Positions 9,324 through 20,600 of a stretch of DNA of 64,000 nt are shown here, one piece after another. Every line of letters begins with the position of its first letter. The first letter of the stretch is position 1. Source of the DNA: Thermoguttaceae bacterium (lineage in GTDB: Bacteria > Planctomycetota > Planctomycetia > Pirellulales > Thermoguttaceae); contig JBMNGC010000001.1 of the NCBI GenBank assembly GCA_050949645.1, positions 558,963 to 622,962 of the forward strand. The letters are read 5' to 3'. The translations under genes were made by a program, and so were the position numbers. The notes under the pieces are model-generated. The model was not told the DNA's origin and did not search any database. It was given only the letters and a program-made list of their open reading frames with translations.

Positions 9324-10265
9324 TCAGCCTGGTCCCCCGTCATTGTTCTCAAAGTTGGATTCATAAGAGGGCTGTTCCCCTTTTCCGTTGACGCGAAGCG
9401 AATTTTCTTCCAATTCGACGTACGCGTAAGCAGTCGTCTCTGCCTCGATAAGTCCGCGGAGCGTGATGTGGGCGACTCCATTACGTTCACCGTAGGAACC
9501 TTCATGCAGATGCCCCGACATGTATCCGCGAACGTGGGAATGACGATCTAACACGTCAAGAATCTCATCTCCGTTCCATGTCGAGACGCCAAGATCAGAG
9601 TAATAGACGCCTAGATTGAAGGGCGACGCAAGCTTTGTTAGTTTCCACCGAAGTGAATTGGAATCGGCGTAAAGTGGGAAATGCGAACAGACTAGAACAT
9701 TTTCATCGATATGTTCTGCCGCCTTCAGTCTTTCTTCAAGCCATTCGAGCTGTCTATCGGAGACGGAGCCGTTGTAGGATTGCGGCTCTGAACCATCGAC
9801 GAGCGTTCTTTTAGCGCGTTCTGCCAGCGCCTCCTCTTTTTCTTCGGCCGTTTCCGCAGTATATAGGCTGATCTCGTTTCCATTGAGAACGATGATTCGC
9901 CATTTGTTATTCGCGTCGTCTGGATCAACGAGAGAGAAGTCGTAGTAACCCGGTTTATCCAAACCAAAGAGCTCGTAAACACTGGACTTTTTATTGTCCG
10001 GGACAGAGAATTCGTGGTTCCCTAAAACGTGGCGCCATTTAACTTTGCCTTTATTAGTCGACACGTCGAAAAGTTGCTTCATCGCCTGCGCGTTTTCCCA
10101 GTCTCTGTCGTACGTGTCGCCGAAATTCATGGCAAACGCGATATCAACTTTTGAGAATTCTCCCGCCGCTGCAAGAGCTTTGTTATAAACACCTCGATAA
10201 TGTCGACCGTTTCTATCCTCTTGGTCGCCATACTGAATGTCGGCGATTGCGGCAAAACGAATCAT
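9324..10265 (-). CDS. Calcineurin-like metallophosphoesterase (ADP-ribose/CDP-alcohol diphosphatase-like)
   Basis: Contains the motifs AAIADIQYGD, NFGDTYD, GNHEF and GHLH, which match the metallophosphoesterase signature. The subfamily assignment is tentative. Confidence 0.75.
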   Translation of the reverse strand: MIRFAAIADIQYGDQEDRNGRHYRGVYNKALAAAGEFSKVDIAFAMNFGDTYDRDWENAQAMKQLFDVSTNKGKVKWRHVLGNHEFSVPDNKKSSVYELFGLDKPGYYDFSLVDPDDANNKWRIIVLNGNEISLYTAETAEEKEEALAERAKRTLVDGSEPQSYNGSVSDRQLEWLEERLKAAEHIDENVLVCSHFPLYADSNSLRWKLTKLASPFNLGVYYSDLGVSTWNGDEILDVLDRHSHVRGYMSGHLHEGSYGERNGVAHITLRGLIEAETTAYAYVELEENSLRVNGKGEQPSYESNFENNDGGPG

Positions 10266-10314
10266 AAAGGCCTCCTGAAACGCGCGGTGATAAGGATCTC
10301 TCTCTGATTATAAC

Positions 10315-10350
10315 AAAAAAGAGCCCGCAACGAAATATCGTACGGGCTCT
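10315..10350 (-). terminator. Intrinsic terminator of the giant repeat-protein gene
   Basis: Stem AGAGCCCG / CGGGCTCT. On the minus strand the hairpin is followed by a T6 run (A6 on the plus strand at 10315-10320). It lies 55 nt after the stop. Confidence 0.6.
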
Positions 10351-10404
10351 TCTGCAAGTTTTTACGCTTATCCTGTCAGAGTTGATTGGCAATGTTTGCG
10401 AAAC

Positions 10405-13400
10405 TCACTCGCGCATGGTGAGGTCGGCATTCGAGTCGTCGACAGGTTGCGTTTGATTGTCGTTGACCACCCGCGACGTCCCATCGCTTTGAGGCGTTCT
10501 TTCGATCTCCTCGTGGTAAACCGCGATCTCGTCGATACCGTCGCCATCCCAGTCGCCAACGACAGGGAAATCGCCTTTCGAACCGAGATTCCTAACTTCG
10601 TTGAAGTTATAGTCGCCGGTTGTGTCAAGGAGCCACTCTCCGTCTTCAAAGACGCCGATATTGTCGACGCCATCGCCGTTCCAGTCGCCGACGACTGGAA
10701 TCGAGTTCGCACCGCCGCGGCCGCGAATGGTGACGTCGCCTTCGTCGATACGTCCGTTGCCGTTCATATCGAGGACCCAAACGCCGTCCTTATAGAACCC
10801 AATTTCTGCGCGTCCGTCGCCGTTCCAGTCGCCTGCAATCGCGACGTCGCCGCTCGAACCGTATCTGAAGATGTGGTCGACAAGGTCCTTACGCGTTCTG
10901 TGCGCGCCAGACCGCGCCGCGGTACGAGCATTGGACTCCGTATTCGCAAAGAGCGTTTCTGAAGGCGGAAGGTTCTTCGCTCGCTTAACGGCGGAGACAT
11001 TAGCGAATCTAGCCGTACTCCTCAAATTTGCCGACGAGTCGGTGACCGTCGTATTGAGGTCGCTTGGAAGTCCAGGATCAGTGTCGATGACTGCCGTCTC
11101 GGTTGAGTTCTGAAGCCCGAAGATCGCGATATCGGTTTTGCCGTCGCCGTCCCAGTCGCCCGTAACGGGTTGATCTCCAGTCGAACCAAGCGTTACATGC
11201 AGACTATAGCTTTCGCTAAGGTAGCCGAGAGTGTCGAACCAGTCGCCGACCGCAAGGCGCCAGGAACCGTCCGTAAAGACGCCAATATCGTCTTTACCAT
11301 CGCCGTCCCAGTCACCGGAGACGGGACGATTGTCCAGACCGCTAAGCTTCATCTTTTTCGTTGTGCCGTCAGCGAAGGTCCAAACGCCGACGTATCCCGT
11401 CTCTCGCTCAGCAGCGACGTTCACGAAAGCAGTTCGCAAACCGCCGTCGTCGATAAGATTGCCATTGATGAAGCCGCCGTATGCGTACGCCGCTTGATCA
11501 GCCAAATCGAAGTCGAATCTCGGAGAACCGCCGTTGAGGACGCTGAGTTTCCAGACATAGTCCTCAGTAAATCCGCCGCCACCGCCATAAAGAGTAGTCA
11601 TGCTGCCGGGGATCGTCGGTTGATACCAAATATACGGGAATGAAGTCGGAGACGCGCCCCAAAGATTGTTTGGTATCGAAACGCTCGGCGTGTAACCGCC
11701 AGCTTCAGGAATCTCCCTTTTCGGAAGTTCGCCAAAGTTGTAGTCGACGCCCTTGTCTCCGGGAGCGACTGAGATGGAGTAGAGAACGTCGTTGGCAACT
11801 TTGCCTCCGAGCGAACCTATTGTGTCCTTACCGTCGCGGTATCCGTTCGGTTGCGTTTCCACAACTCGGTAGATGCGTGCGGGCTCAAGGTTGTCGAATA
11901 TGTAGTGACCGCCGGCGTCAGTTAGCGCTATGCGGTTCATGTCTTCATATAAACCTGTCTCCTCGTTGAGAACCTGAAGAGTGACGACGGTAGAAGGAAT
12001 TCCGTTTTCACCAGATTCCTTGATCCCATTGTTGTTATAGTCTTCATAGACGTAACCTGAGATGGAAGCGGGCTTGAGTTCTCCGAAGTTATATTGGATT
12101 CCCTCGCCGCCGTTGGGCAACATGATACCGGAGATCTCGTCGTTGACGCTGAGATCGCCGACTTCCTCGCCAAAGATTGTACCAATCGCTTCCTTACCGT
12201 CGTAATATTCGTCCGGTTGCGTTTCGCGGATAATGTACGTCTCATTTGTGTCGAGCGAATCGAACTTATAGTATCCTTTTTCGTCCGTTTCCTGTATCCC
12301 GACAAGGGTCGCCTTACCGTCGTCGCCAACGATATAGAGCTTGACCACGACGTTTGCAATACCGGCTTCGCCGTCTTCCATTATGCCATTGTTATTGTTG
12401 TCCTCATAGACATAGCCGCTGAGAGACCCCAGAGGCGCAAGTTCGCCAAAGTTGTACTCTTCACCATGCTGATCCCATTTGACAAGGACGTCGTTTATGT
12501 GGTCGTTGGCTGCGATTTCGCCTCCGAGCGTACCGACCGTATCTTTACCGTCACGCCAGTTCTCGGGTTGGATTTCCTTGACTGCGTAGGTCTGTTCAAT
12601 ATCGAGCGAATCGAACTTGTAGAAGCCGTTCTCGTCGGTTGTTGTTTCAGCGATCTTGACATAGGAACCGTCGACGAGCTGGTAGAGCTCGACCGTAACG
12701 TTGGCGATTGGATCTTCGCCTTTTTCCATGAGACCGTTGTCATTAACGTCGTGATAGACGTAACCGGAAACCGAGCCGAGTTTGAGCTCGCCGAAGTTGT
12801 ATTCGACGCCGTGATCGTCCCATTGAATGTCGATCTCGTTGACATAGTCGTTAGAGAGATCGCCACCGAGCGAACCGACCGCATCCCTTCCGTCGTCGTA
12901 GTCGGAGGGCTGAATCTCTTTGACGGCGTACTTCTGGTTGATATCGAGTTTGTCAAACTTGTATGACCCGTCTTCAGCGGTCATCGTCTCGGCGATCTTG
13001 ACGTAGGAACCGTCGACGAGCTGGTAAAGCTCGACCTTAACGCTGCCGATTCCGGTTTCGTCGGCGTCAAAGACCCCGTTGTCGTTGCGGTCTTCGTAAA
13101 CATTGCCCGCGATCGAGCCGAGCTTAAGTTCGCCGAAGTTGTATTCGACGCCGTGCTCGTCCCACTGGATAGGTATGGCGCTAATATAGTCGTTAGAGAG
13201 GTCGCCACCAAGCGAGCCAACTGCGTCTTGTCCGTCGTCGTAGTTTACCGGCTGCTTTTCCCGAACCGCGTATTCCTGGTTGATATCGAGCTTGTCGAAC
13301 TTATATGAGCCGTCTTCGGCAGTTCGCGTCTCGGCGATTTTGACATACTCTGAGCCGTTCCACTGGTATAGTTCGACTTCAACGTTTCCGATCCCAGTTT

Positions 13401-15351
13401 CGTTCGAATCGAAGACTCCATTGTCGTTGCGGTCTTCGTAAACATTGCCCTCGATTGAACCGAGCTTGAGTTCGCCAAAGTTGTAGTCGTAACCATGCTC
13501 GTCCCAACCGATATTGATTTTGGAGACATAGTCGTTTGAAAGTTCGCCGCCAAGGGAACCGACCGCATCTTTTCCATCGTCATAGTCGGACGGCTGGATT
13601 TCTTTAACGGCGTACTCTTTCTCAATGTCGAGATTATCGAAGAGATAGGAACCGTCTTCATCTGTTCTGGTTTCGCCAATCTTAACGTAGGAAGCGCCGT
13701 CCCACTGATAAAGTTCGACGATTACGTCGGCGATCCCATCCTCCCCCGCATCAACGATTCCGTTGTCATTCCGGTCTTCCCAAACATTACCTGCGATCGA
13801 ACCGAGTTTGAGCTCGCCAAAGTCATAGTTATAGCCATTTTCGCCATATCCGACGTAAATGTCTGTGAAGACGTCGTTGAGCGTATCGCCACCGAGCGAA
13901 CCGACGTAGTCTTTACCGTCAGAGTAATCGGGCGAGTCGAAAATTTCGCGAATTTCGTAGGTCTTTTCCGGAAGCTTGCGCAGCGTTCCGGCTTCGTTCC
14001 AAGAGCCGTCGAGTGAGAACTTGTAGCGCCCATCGGCGTCGACGGTCTGCGTTTCCATTAGCGTATAGTTTTTAACGCCGTTCGAATCGTAGTCAATTCT
14101 CCAGAGTTCGATCCTCGCGGGGTAAGCGTCTCCGTCCCAGCTTTCGCCGGCTTCTTTACCGTTTGCATCGTTACGGTCTTCAAAAACATGACCTTCAATC
14201 GAGCCCTTGAGAACCTTTGCAAAGTTGTTCTGCGGAGCCAGTTCGCCTCCCAGCATCCCGGAAACTTCAATTTCCAGAGGCGTTACTTTTTGACCGTATT
14301 CGCCGCCTTTGGCGCAGAAATCGAAGTACTGATACCCTTCCGGCGAGACGAGGTTGGTCTCTGAGAAAATTCGATATTTGCCAGGAAGCAGGTCGTCGCC
14401 TGAGAATTCGTAATAACCGTTAACATCAGTGACGGTCGTCCACGTGTTGCCGTGCTCGTCAACGAGCGTCATGCCGACGTTGGCAAGCGGATCGTCGTTA
14501 CCCAGGTCGTAATTACAGTCGACGTTACGGTCCCCATAGACGTAACCTGAGATAACGATAGGTTTCGGAGTTAAATCGAGATCTCCGTAGATACCAGCCT
14601 GGCTGATACCTTCGTTTCCATCGTCAAGGTCGTATGGGAGCAGCGACCGATCGTAGGCGTCTGACAGCGCGGCGTCACGAGTGTACTCGCCGTCATAGTC
14701 GTCGACAAACATACCGGTCCAGGTTTCCGTCTGGTAGTGAGGCGAGCTGAAGACGGCGGTTGCAATCGAGCCGCTGAGGCCCCTGACAACGGAACCACCC
14801 ATCTCGCCGCCTTCGACGAGCGCGTTGTCGGCGTCTTTCTCAGTGTTCGTCTGATACTCGTCGAGATCGATATCGAAGATAAAGTGATCCCCAGCGTGGA
14901 AATTCGTAAACGAGATTGTCAGAACCATCCCGCCGTCTTCGACCTGGTACGAATAACCGATATCAGAGGTTTTATCGACGAGAGTGAAGGGGACGGCGGA
15001 ATAGACTCCGCGTCCGCCGGGTTCTGTATCGAAGAACGCTTCTCCGTCGTCGAGGACGCCATTTCCGTTCTTATCAAGATTAATCGTGATCGAATCGAGC
15101 GTTGTGACGTCCTCTTCGCCGCCGACCCACGCAATGTAGAAACGGTCTCCCAGATCTTCCTGGTACTGCTCTGCGTAGACGAAGCCGACGGAGATTGGAT
15201 CGGCTGCAAGATATTCGCGTTTTTCCAGAGGTTCGATCCTGCAAACACGATTCATCGCGTTCGCGGCGTCCTTTGAGCGTTTGCGCTGTTTGCGTCTCGC
15301 TCTGGAAGACGAAACGTTAACAATCGCATTTTTCCTCATGAACAGCGACAT
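10405..15351 (-). CDS. Giant secreted/surface protein with about 8 tandem Cna-B/SdrD-B-type domains and 5 C-terminal FG-GAP/VCBS-like repeats
   Basis: 1648-aa ORF. It has repeated modules of the type GS[IL]xG.V[YFW]ED.N.NG....E.G and ...Y.F..L....Y.V.E..P..Y.DG.D..G[ST]LGG. The C-terminus has GDWDGDGKDDIGVF, GDWDGDGKTDIAIF, GDWNGDGRAEIGFY, GDWNGDGVDNIGVF and GDWDGDGIDEIAVY. The N-terminus is basic, lacks a hydrophobic core and is followed by RIEPLEKREYLAADPI. Confidence 0.85.
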   Translation of the reverse strand: MSLFMRKNAIVNVSSSRARRKQRKRSKDAANAMNRVCRIEPLEKREYLAADPISVGFVYAEQYQEDLGDRFYIAWVGGEEDVTTLDSITINLDKNGNGVLDDGEAFFDTEPGGRGVYSAVPFTLVDKTSDIGYSYQVEDGGMVLTISFTNFHAGDHFIFDIDLDEYQTNTEKDADNALVEGGEMGGSVVRGLSGSIATAVFSSPHYQTETWTGMFVDDYDGEYTRDAALSDAYDRSLLPYDLDDGNEGISQAGIYGDLDLTPKPIVISGYVYGDRNVDCNYDLGNDDPLANVGMTLVDEHGNTWTTVTDVNGYYEFSGDDLLPGKYRIFSETNLVSPEGYQYFDFCAKGGEYGQKVTPLEIEVSGMLGGELAPQNNFAKVLKGSIEGHVFEDRNDANGKEAGESWDGDAYPARIELWRIDYDSNGVKNYTLMETQTVDADGRYKFSLDGSWNEAGTLRKLPEKTYEIREIFDSPDYSDGKDYVGSLGGDTLNDVFTDIYVGYGENGYNYDFGELKLGSIAGNVWEDRNDNGIVDAGEDGIADVIVELYQWDGASYVKIGETRTDEDGSYLFDNLDIEKEYAVKEIQPSDYDDGKDAVGSLGGELSNDYVSKINIGWDEHGYDYNFGELKLGSIEGNVYEDRNDNGVFDSNETGIGNVEVELYQWNGSEYVKIAETRTAEDGSYKFDKLDINQEYAVREKQPVNYDDGQDAVGSLGGDLSNDYISAIPIQWDEHGVEYNFGELKLGSIAGNVYEDRNDNGVFDADETGIGSVKVELYQLVDGSYVKIAETMTAEDGSYKFDKLDINQKYAVKEIQPSDYDDGRDAVGSLGGDLSNDYVNEIDIQWDDHGVEYNFGELKLGSVSGYVYHDVNDNGLMEKGEDPIANVTVELYQLVDGSYVKIAETTTDENGFYKFDSLDIEQTYAVKEIQPENWRDGKDTVGTLGGEIAANDHINDVLVKWDQHGEEYNFGELAPLGSLSGYVYEDNNNNGIMEDGEAGIANVVVKLYIVGDDGKATLVGIQETDEKGYYKFDSLDTNETYIIRETQPDEYYDGKEAIGTIFGEEVGDLSVNDEISGIMLPNGGEGIQYNFGELKPASISGYVYEDYNNNGIKESGENGIPSTVVTLQVLNEETGLYEDMNRIALTDAGGHYIFDNLEPARIYRVVETQPNGYRDGKDTIGSLGGKVANDVLYSISVAPGDKGVDYNFGELPKREIPEAGGYTPSVSIPNNLWGASPTSFPYIWYQPTIPGSMTTLYGGGGGFTEDYVWKLSVLNGGSPRFDFDLADQAAYAYGGFINGNLIDDGGLRTAFVNVAAERETGYVGVWTFADGTTKKMKLSGLDNRPVSGDWDGDGKDDIGVFTDGSWRLAVGDWFDTLGYLSESYSLHVTLGSTGDQPVTGDWDGDGKTDIAIFGLQNSTETAVIDTDPGLPSDLNTTVTDSSANLRSTARFANVSAVKRAKNLPPSETLFANTESNARTAARSGAHRTRKDLVDHIFRYGSSGDVAIAGDWNGDGRAEIGFYKDGVWVLDMNGNGRIDEGDVTIRGRGGANSIPVVGDWNGDGVDNIGVFEDGEWLLDTTGDYNFNEVRNLGSKGDFPVVGDWDGDGIDEIAVYHEEIERTPQSDGTSRVVNDNQTQPVDDSNADLTMRE
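11733..14223 (-). repeat. In-frame tandem repeat array inside the giant gene (period 342 bp for the four central units, 345-405 bp for the outer units)
   Basis: Unit boundaries (the GELK/GELA codons) fall at 13818, 13476, 13134 and 12792, exactly 342 bp apart. Further boundaries are at 12447, 12084 and 11733. Neighbouring central units are roughly 80 percent identical at protein level by eye. Confidence 0.8.
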
Positions 15352-15798
15352 ACTCCAACCTTTCGTGAACTAACAGCGCGCCAATGCAACTTCTTATTCC
15401 AAACACTCGTTACAGTCGGAACGGAGCGCTGGTCGTCGCGTCGCGATGGACGTCGACAATCAGACGCGCAATACGTTTTAACCGGAAGCACAACAGAGAT
15501 CTCTCTGGGGACTGAACAGCGTGGCGTCCGCAAGTCCAAGTCTCAAGTTCCGGGAAAGCCGTCTTGCGAACGTTGTTGAACAATCAACGTTCCATCTCCA
15601 ATCAGACTCTATTGTTTTTTACTGTGGTAAATGACGAGGGGGTATGCGGCGTGCGTGACCACAATCGTCGATTCGCGAGTAGCGTGGTCGATAAAACGTG
15701 CGCTAAACGCAAAATTTGGCGCTTTCTTGCCGTCAATATCGTCAAAACAGTTATTACGAATTTAGCCCTTTATCCCCTCCATTAGTTTTTTTCCGTAA

Positions 15799-17004
15799 TC
15801 AGGGCGCCTTCCAACGAATAACCTTGGCGTCGAAGCTTCCCGAGAGAAACTCTCTCTTTGCTCTATCGACGGCAATGACGGAAACCGTGCCCGAATGACC
15901 CCCCGTTTCCAAGCTTTCCCTTCGATCGCTCTTAGCGTATCCTTGACCGTACCCAATCGGCTTGAGGGTATTCATATCCCAGACGATCACGTCGTTGACG
16001 CTGTCGCCAGTGATCAGGGTAGAATTGTCGAGGAAAGCCATAGCGAAGATTTTCCGGCTCGGCAACGCCTGTTCGCCTACCGACGTGTTGACGCGTTCGG
16101 TTAGGTCGAACTGCGCGACTTCTTTGCCGGACGCGACGTCCAAGACGATAATCCGGTCGGCGTCGCCGGCGACGGCGACCAATTGGTTGTTGGGAGAGAA
16201 GCACACAACGCGAATGCGTCGTTGCGCGGTTCGATCACCTTTGCCATTGGTTAGGGGACGGCTTGGAATGAGGAGCTTGGCGTCGTTTGTGCGCCAGACG
16301 CAGAAAGCATTGCGTCCTCCTGCGGCAAGCGCCGTGCCGTCGGGCGAAAAGGCGAGCGTTGTAACGCTCTCCGAAGGACCTGTCCAGGTTGTGTATTCTT
16401 TGAGCGTGTCGGCGACAAAAATCCTAATCAGTCCAGCGTAACCGCAAACAGCGAGTAGCGCTCCGTTTGGCGAATAGACCATCGCGTGAGCGCCGGCGAC
16501 GTTAGTTTTGTTGGCCGGCAGTTCTCGCAACAGTCTGCCCGTCTGAGGGTCCCAGATTCTAATCTGACCCTTTTGGGAAAGCGTAGCGAGTTCCTGCGTC
16601 TCGGCGTCCTCTGAATAACTCTCGGCGTTCTCTGACTTATTAACGGGTCGCATCGCGACCGCACGGACCCAGTCGTCGACAGGATCGGCGTTTCCACTCT
16701 TGACGACGGGTTCAAAGCGATTGTCGTCAATTTTGCAAACGTAGAACTTCTGATCGTCGCCGCCGACGTAGAAGGACTCTTTGTCGTTCGAGTAGGTTAA
16801 CGCAGAAATGACCGGATACCGCGCGGCTTTGTCCTGAGGAGCGCTGACTGACAACGCGCTGTAACTCGAGTCTTTGGGACCGAACGTATATTCCGCGAGC
16901 TTTGTGATATCGGGGATGGATTGCGCGAGAGCTCCTTCGGTGATAAAGAAACTCGCTAGCGTGATAAAAAAGAATAAGTGTATAATCGATCGTCGTCTTA
17001 ACAT
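15799..17004 (-). CDS. Secreted WD40/beta-propeller repeat protein
   Basis: Signal-like N-terminus IIHLFFFITLASFFITEGALAQS. It has repeated WD-like blades (e.g. IRIWD, CVWR, VIVWD, VIRWK ends). Confidence 0.75.
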   Translation of the reverse strand: MLRRRSIIHLFFFITLASFFITEGALAQSIPDITKLAEYTFGPKDSSYSALSVSAPQDKAARYPVISALTYSNDKESFYVGGDDQKFYVCKIDDNRFEPVVKSGNADPVDDWVRAVAMRPVNKSENAESYSEDAETQELATLSQKGQIRIWDPQTGRLLRELPANKTNVAGAHAMVYSPNGALLAVCGYAGLIRIFVADTLKEYTTWTGPSESVTTLAFSPDGTALAAGGRNAFCVWRTNDAKLLIPSRPLTNGKGDRTAQRRIRVVCFSPNNQLVAVAGDADRIIVLDVASGKEVAQFDLTERVNTSVGEQALPSRKIFAMAFLDNSTLITGDSVNDVIVWDMNTLKPIGYGQGYAKSDRRESLETGGHSGTVSVIAVDRAKREFLSGSFDAKVIRWKAP

Positions 17005-17642
17005 ACTCTGACACTCCCGAACGACGCTATCGTCATTGCGATTTCCACGTCATAATTCGGCGAAAAATCTTAATCAACGCGAGGTTGATACAGTCGATTT
17101 TGCGTCGAGATCCTGTGTAGTTTGGAAGAGGAGTGGGGCGCGCAATCTGCTCCTCGTTACGGTTTTAAAGCATTTCGGGGGAAGAACCGAAACTTTGCGC
17201 GAATTCGACGGTTTAAACTAATAACAACTTCTCGTGTCGCTTCAACAGGAGTCAAAGTACAGACTCCTTCTAAGGTCTTTTCGGAGTCTGACGGCAAGAA
17301 GACAAGCTTTTTTTTAAAAGATATGGTTGAGACGAAAATTACGATTTGACCTTTTAGGCGGATGTGCGTGAATGTGATACGCCTATACGCAACGAATATG
17401 ACGACAGAACAATTTATGAGACCTTTTGTCTCGTTTTCGTCGTTCGTTTTTTCGTTTGGTCCTTGACGGATTTTTCGTTCGGTTTACTTTTATGTTGGGC
17501 GTCTGCGTCATTTTAACATGGTGAATAATAGCGCTCTGGCTTTATCGGTTGCAACGACCGCGCGTCTTGTGAAAGCAAATAAGAGCAGATAATTTTCACG
17601 GAATAATCTGACCTTCCGTTGTGTAAAGCGTAAGGAATCCTA

Positions 17643-20600
17643 ATGCATACTCAAATAGAAAATCAGAAGGGGTCGCGTAACCGTTTGGCCCTGCGTTCGA
17701 GGCAGGGAAAAGCGATAAAGATCCTTGTTACTTTGCTGGCAGTCGTCGTCGTTGTCGGCGGCTTGGCAGCTTGGCGGCTGAAGGCCTCCCAATCGACGAA
17801 AAAGGTGGATCTTATCTTTGCGACAGCCGAACGCGGAACCTTCATTCACGAGGTGAATGGTAAGGGCAGCGCGGAAAGCGCCTTGAATGTCGACGTTGCT
17901 TCGCAAGTCGAAGGTCAGGCAACGGTTATTTATCTTATACCGGAAGGGACGAACGTCAAAAAGGGCGAGCTCCTTGTCGAACTTGACTCTTCTGACGTCG
18001 ATGAAAAGCTCGACTCGCAGGTCGTCACGACGAACTCGAGCCGAGCGACGCTCAACAGCTCTCGCGCAACCCTTCGTTCCGCGGAGATTTCTCTGGAAGA
18101 GTACGTTGAAGGAACCTTCGAACAGAGCTGGATGGAATACGAGAACACGATCTTCGAAGCGGAGCAGACTCGTAAACAACAGGCGGACAGCGCAAGGTTT
18201 ACTGAACGTCTTCTCAACCTGAACTATTCGACTGAGTTGCAGTATGAAATCGACAAGGTTGCCGAAGAGAAGGCGAAGAATTCTCTCGAAGTTGCGAATC
18301 TCAAGAAGATGACTCTTCTCAAGTACACGAGCGAAAAACAGATCACCTCGCTCATGTCTGATATTGAGACGGCGCGCGCAAAAGTCGATTCTGACAGGAA
18401 TTCTTATAACATTAACCTGAGTCGTGAGAATCGTTACCGCGAGATCTCCGCAAACTGCAAGATCCGCGCGCCGCAAGACGGCCAGGTTGTCTATGCCAAT
18501 CAGGACTCCCGCCGTATGTCGGAATCCGACATGATCAGGGAAGGTTCGACCGTTCGTCAGCGCCAGGTTCTTATCCGTCTGCCGGACAAAACCCAGATGC
18601 AGGTCAAGACCATGATCAACGAGTCGAACATTGCGTCGGTCAAGGTCGGAATGCCAGCGAAGATCTCCTTTGACTCCATCCCTAATCGCGTCATAGAGGG
18701 GGAGGTTGTTAAAGTGAGCCTTTATCCCGAAATCGTGTGGATGTCGTCCGCGAAGGACTACGTGACCATCGTAAAAATCAATGAGGACGTTGACGAACTT
18801 CGTTCTGGTTTGACCGCTCAGGTGCGCATTGTCGCCGACGAACAGCCTGACGTTCTTATGGTTCCGGTTCATTGCGTAACTGAATATGGTACTAAGACTT
18901 ACTGTATAACCTATGAGAACGGCGTCTGGGGCTACAAAGAAGTGCTTCTTGGCGAGTCGAATGAAAAACAGGTTATTATCCTCGACGGTCTGAAGGAAGG
19001 CGACGTTGTCGTTACAGGCGCGCGTCTTTACCGCGACAACGTCACTTTTCCGGATCCGAGCGCTCCTTCTGAATTCGAAAATAGCGAAATCTACCAACAG
19101 AAGCTTGCGGAAGCGAAGGCGCAAGAGGAGAAGAACGCTGAAATAGAGAGTGGCGCCGCTCTTCAAGCCGAAGGCGCGCCCGGCGCGGGCGGATTTCCTG
19201 GCGGGCTCCCAGGCGGACTCCCTGGCGGAGATCCGCGCGCGATGCTTGCTGGTCTTGCCGAGAGGATCAAGTCCGGCGACGTCCCTCAGGAGATGCTTGA
19301 CCGACTCCCGCCTGAGGTGCTGGAAGCCGTGAAGGGCGGCGGCGCTGAGCTGAGCGCCGACGATCTTGAAGAACAGCAAAGGTTGAAGGAAGAGGCGGAA
19401 GAATCTGCGCTTGAGATTGAGACCAATCTTCGGCGCGACGTCGACATTGCCGCGATCAAGCCCTTCTTTAATCGCACCGTTATGGAGATGCACCGCGAAC
19501 TTCTTACGGCCATCGAACATAAGACTTCGGCGCTTCAAGCGCGCATTGCGTCGCGTCAGAACGCGATCACGCGGCGTCAGGAAGAAATCGAACTTCTGCA
19601 AAAAACGTCCGAAGCTGCGAATGTAAGCGACAGCGCCCCTTCTGCTCCAGACAATGCTGAAGATACGACTGCAAAGATCGAACGCCTCTCAAACGAAATC
19701 AGGAAACTTCGCGGGGATTCGGATCTTCCAGTCCTTGAACGCGTTATTTATCTCGAAAAAATCGATTGGGATCAATATATTAGCGGAAATGACGTTACGC
19801 TTGCAGCCGCTAAGTTTCTGACAGAGAATCCGGATGATATTTTTGACGAGCTCTTCCCGAACTCGGAAGAAGTCGACGTTGTTGCTGCGGTCTCCGACGA
19901 CTCGGAAAAAGTTGCGCTGGAGGCGACGTTCGAATACGACAAAGAATGGATGAATGATCCAAGTGAAGGTCCGACCGCGTTGGATACCAGCACGGTCGAT
20001 TATTCTGCGTTTCTCCCGCTCTTTAAGCAGTGGGACACGAACCAGGACGATCGTCTCAAGCCCACTGAATTCGTCATCGGTTTCTTCTCGGATCGTAAGA
20101 ACTTCCAGAATGCTGAAATAGACAGTAACGTTGAACAGCTTTTTGCGGAATATGATCCGGCCGCCGAACCAGGCGCCCACAAGACTTCTCTCACCGAAAT
20201 TCCGATGGACGTCGTTGCGACGACTGCCGACAAAATTCTCCGCGAACGAGCGTCGAATGGCGACGGTTCCCAGGGCGCGGGACGCGGCGGTCGCCGCGGC
20301 GGAGCGCCTGGCGGCAGACCCGGTATGGGTATGCCAGGCGATCGTGGCGAGCTTGACATTGCACAGGCGGGTCCCGGTCGTCAGGGCGGCATGCCGGTCG
20401 GCCAAGAGGGACGTCCGCAGCGCAACGCGGAAGAGCCCGACGCGGGCGATCTCGAAGGGGAACCGATCGACATAGCTCTTCCCGACGGCAAATCCCCAAC
20501 GAACGAACCAATTTCCAGTTTGGTAGAGGCGTACAGCGTTCGTCAGGCAGTTGCTCTGTACGTCGATCGTATGGACTTCAATGGCGACGGAATCCTCCAG

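Noticed and set aside
12094-12966. 290-aa plus-strand ORF inside the tandem-repeat region of the giant gene.
   Set aside because: It stays open only because the repeat units are stop-free on the opposite strand. The sequence is periodic, D/V/F-rich and has no start context.
11733-14223. Regular repeats considered as a CRISPR array or other non-coding repeat element.
   Set aside because: The period is 342 bp, and the units are in-frame and encode Cna-B-type domains within one long ORF. There is no short repeat-spacer structure.
17640-19601. 653-aa ORF on the minus strand, entirely antisense to the HlyD/MacA-type adaptor gene.
   Set aside because: Its composition is dominated by R/L/F/V with no domain-like features. 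It mirrors the codon structure of a clearly real plus-strand gene that has motifs, an SD and operon context, so it is a shadow ORF. The same reasoning applies to 19689..20627 (-).
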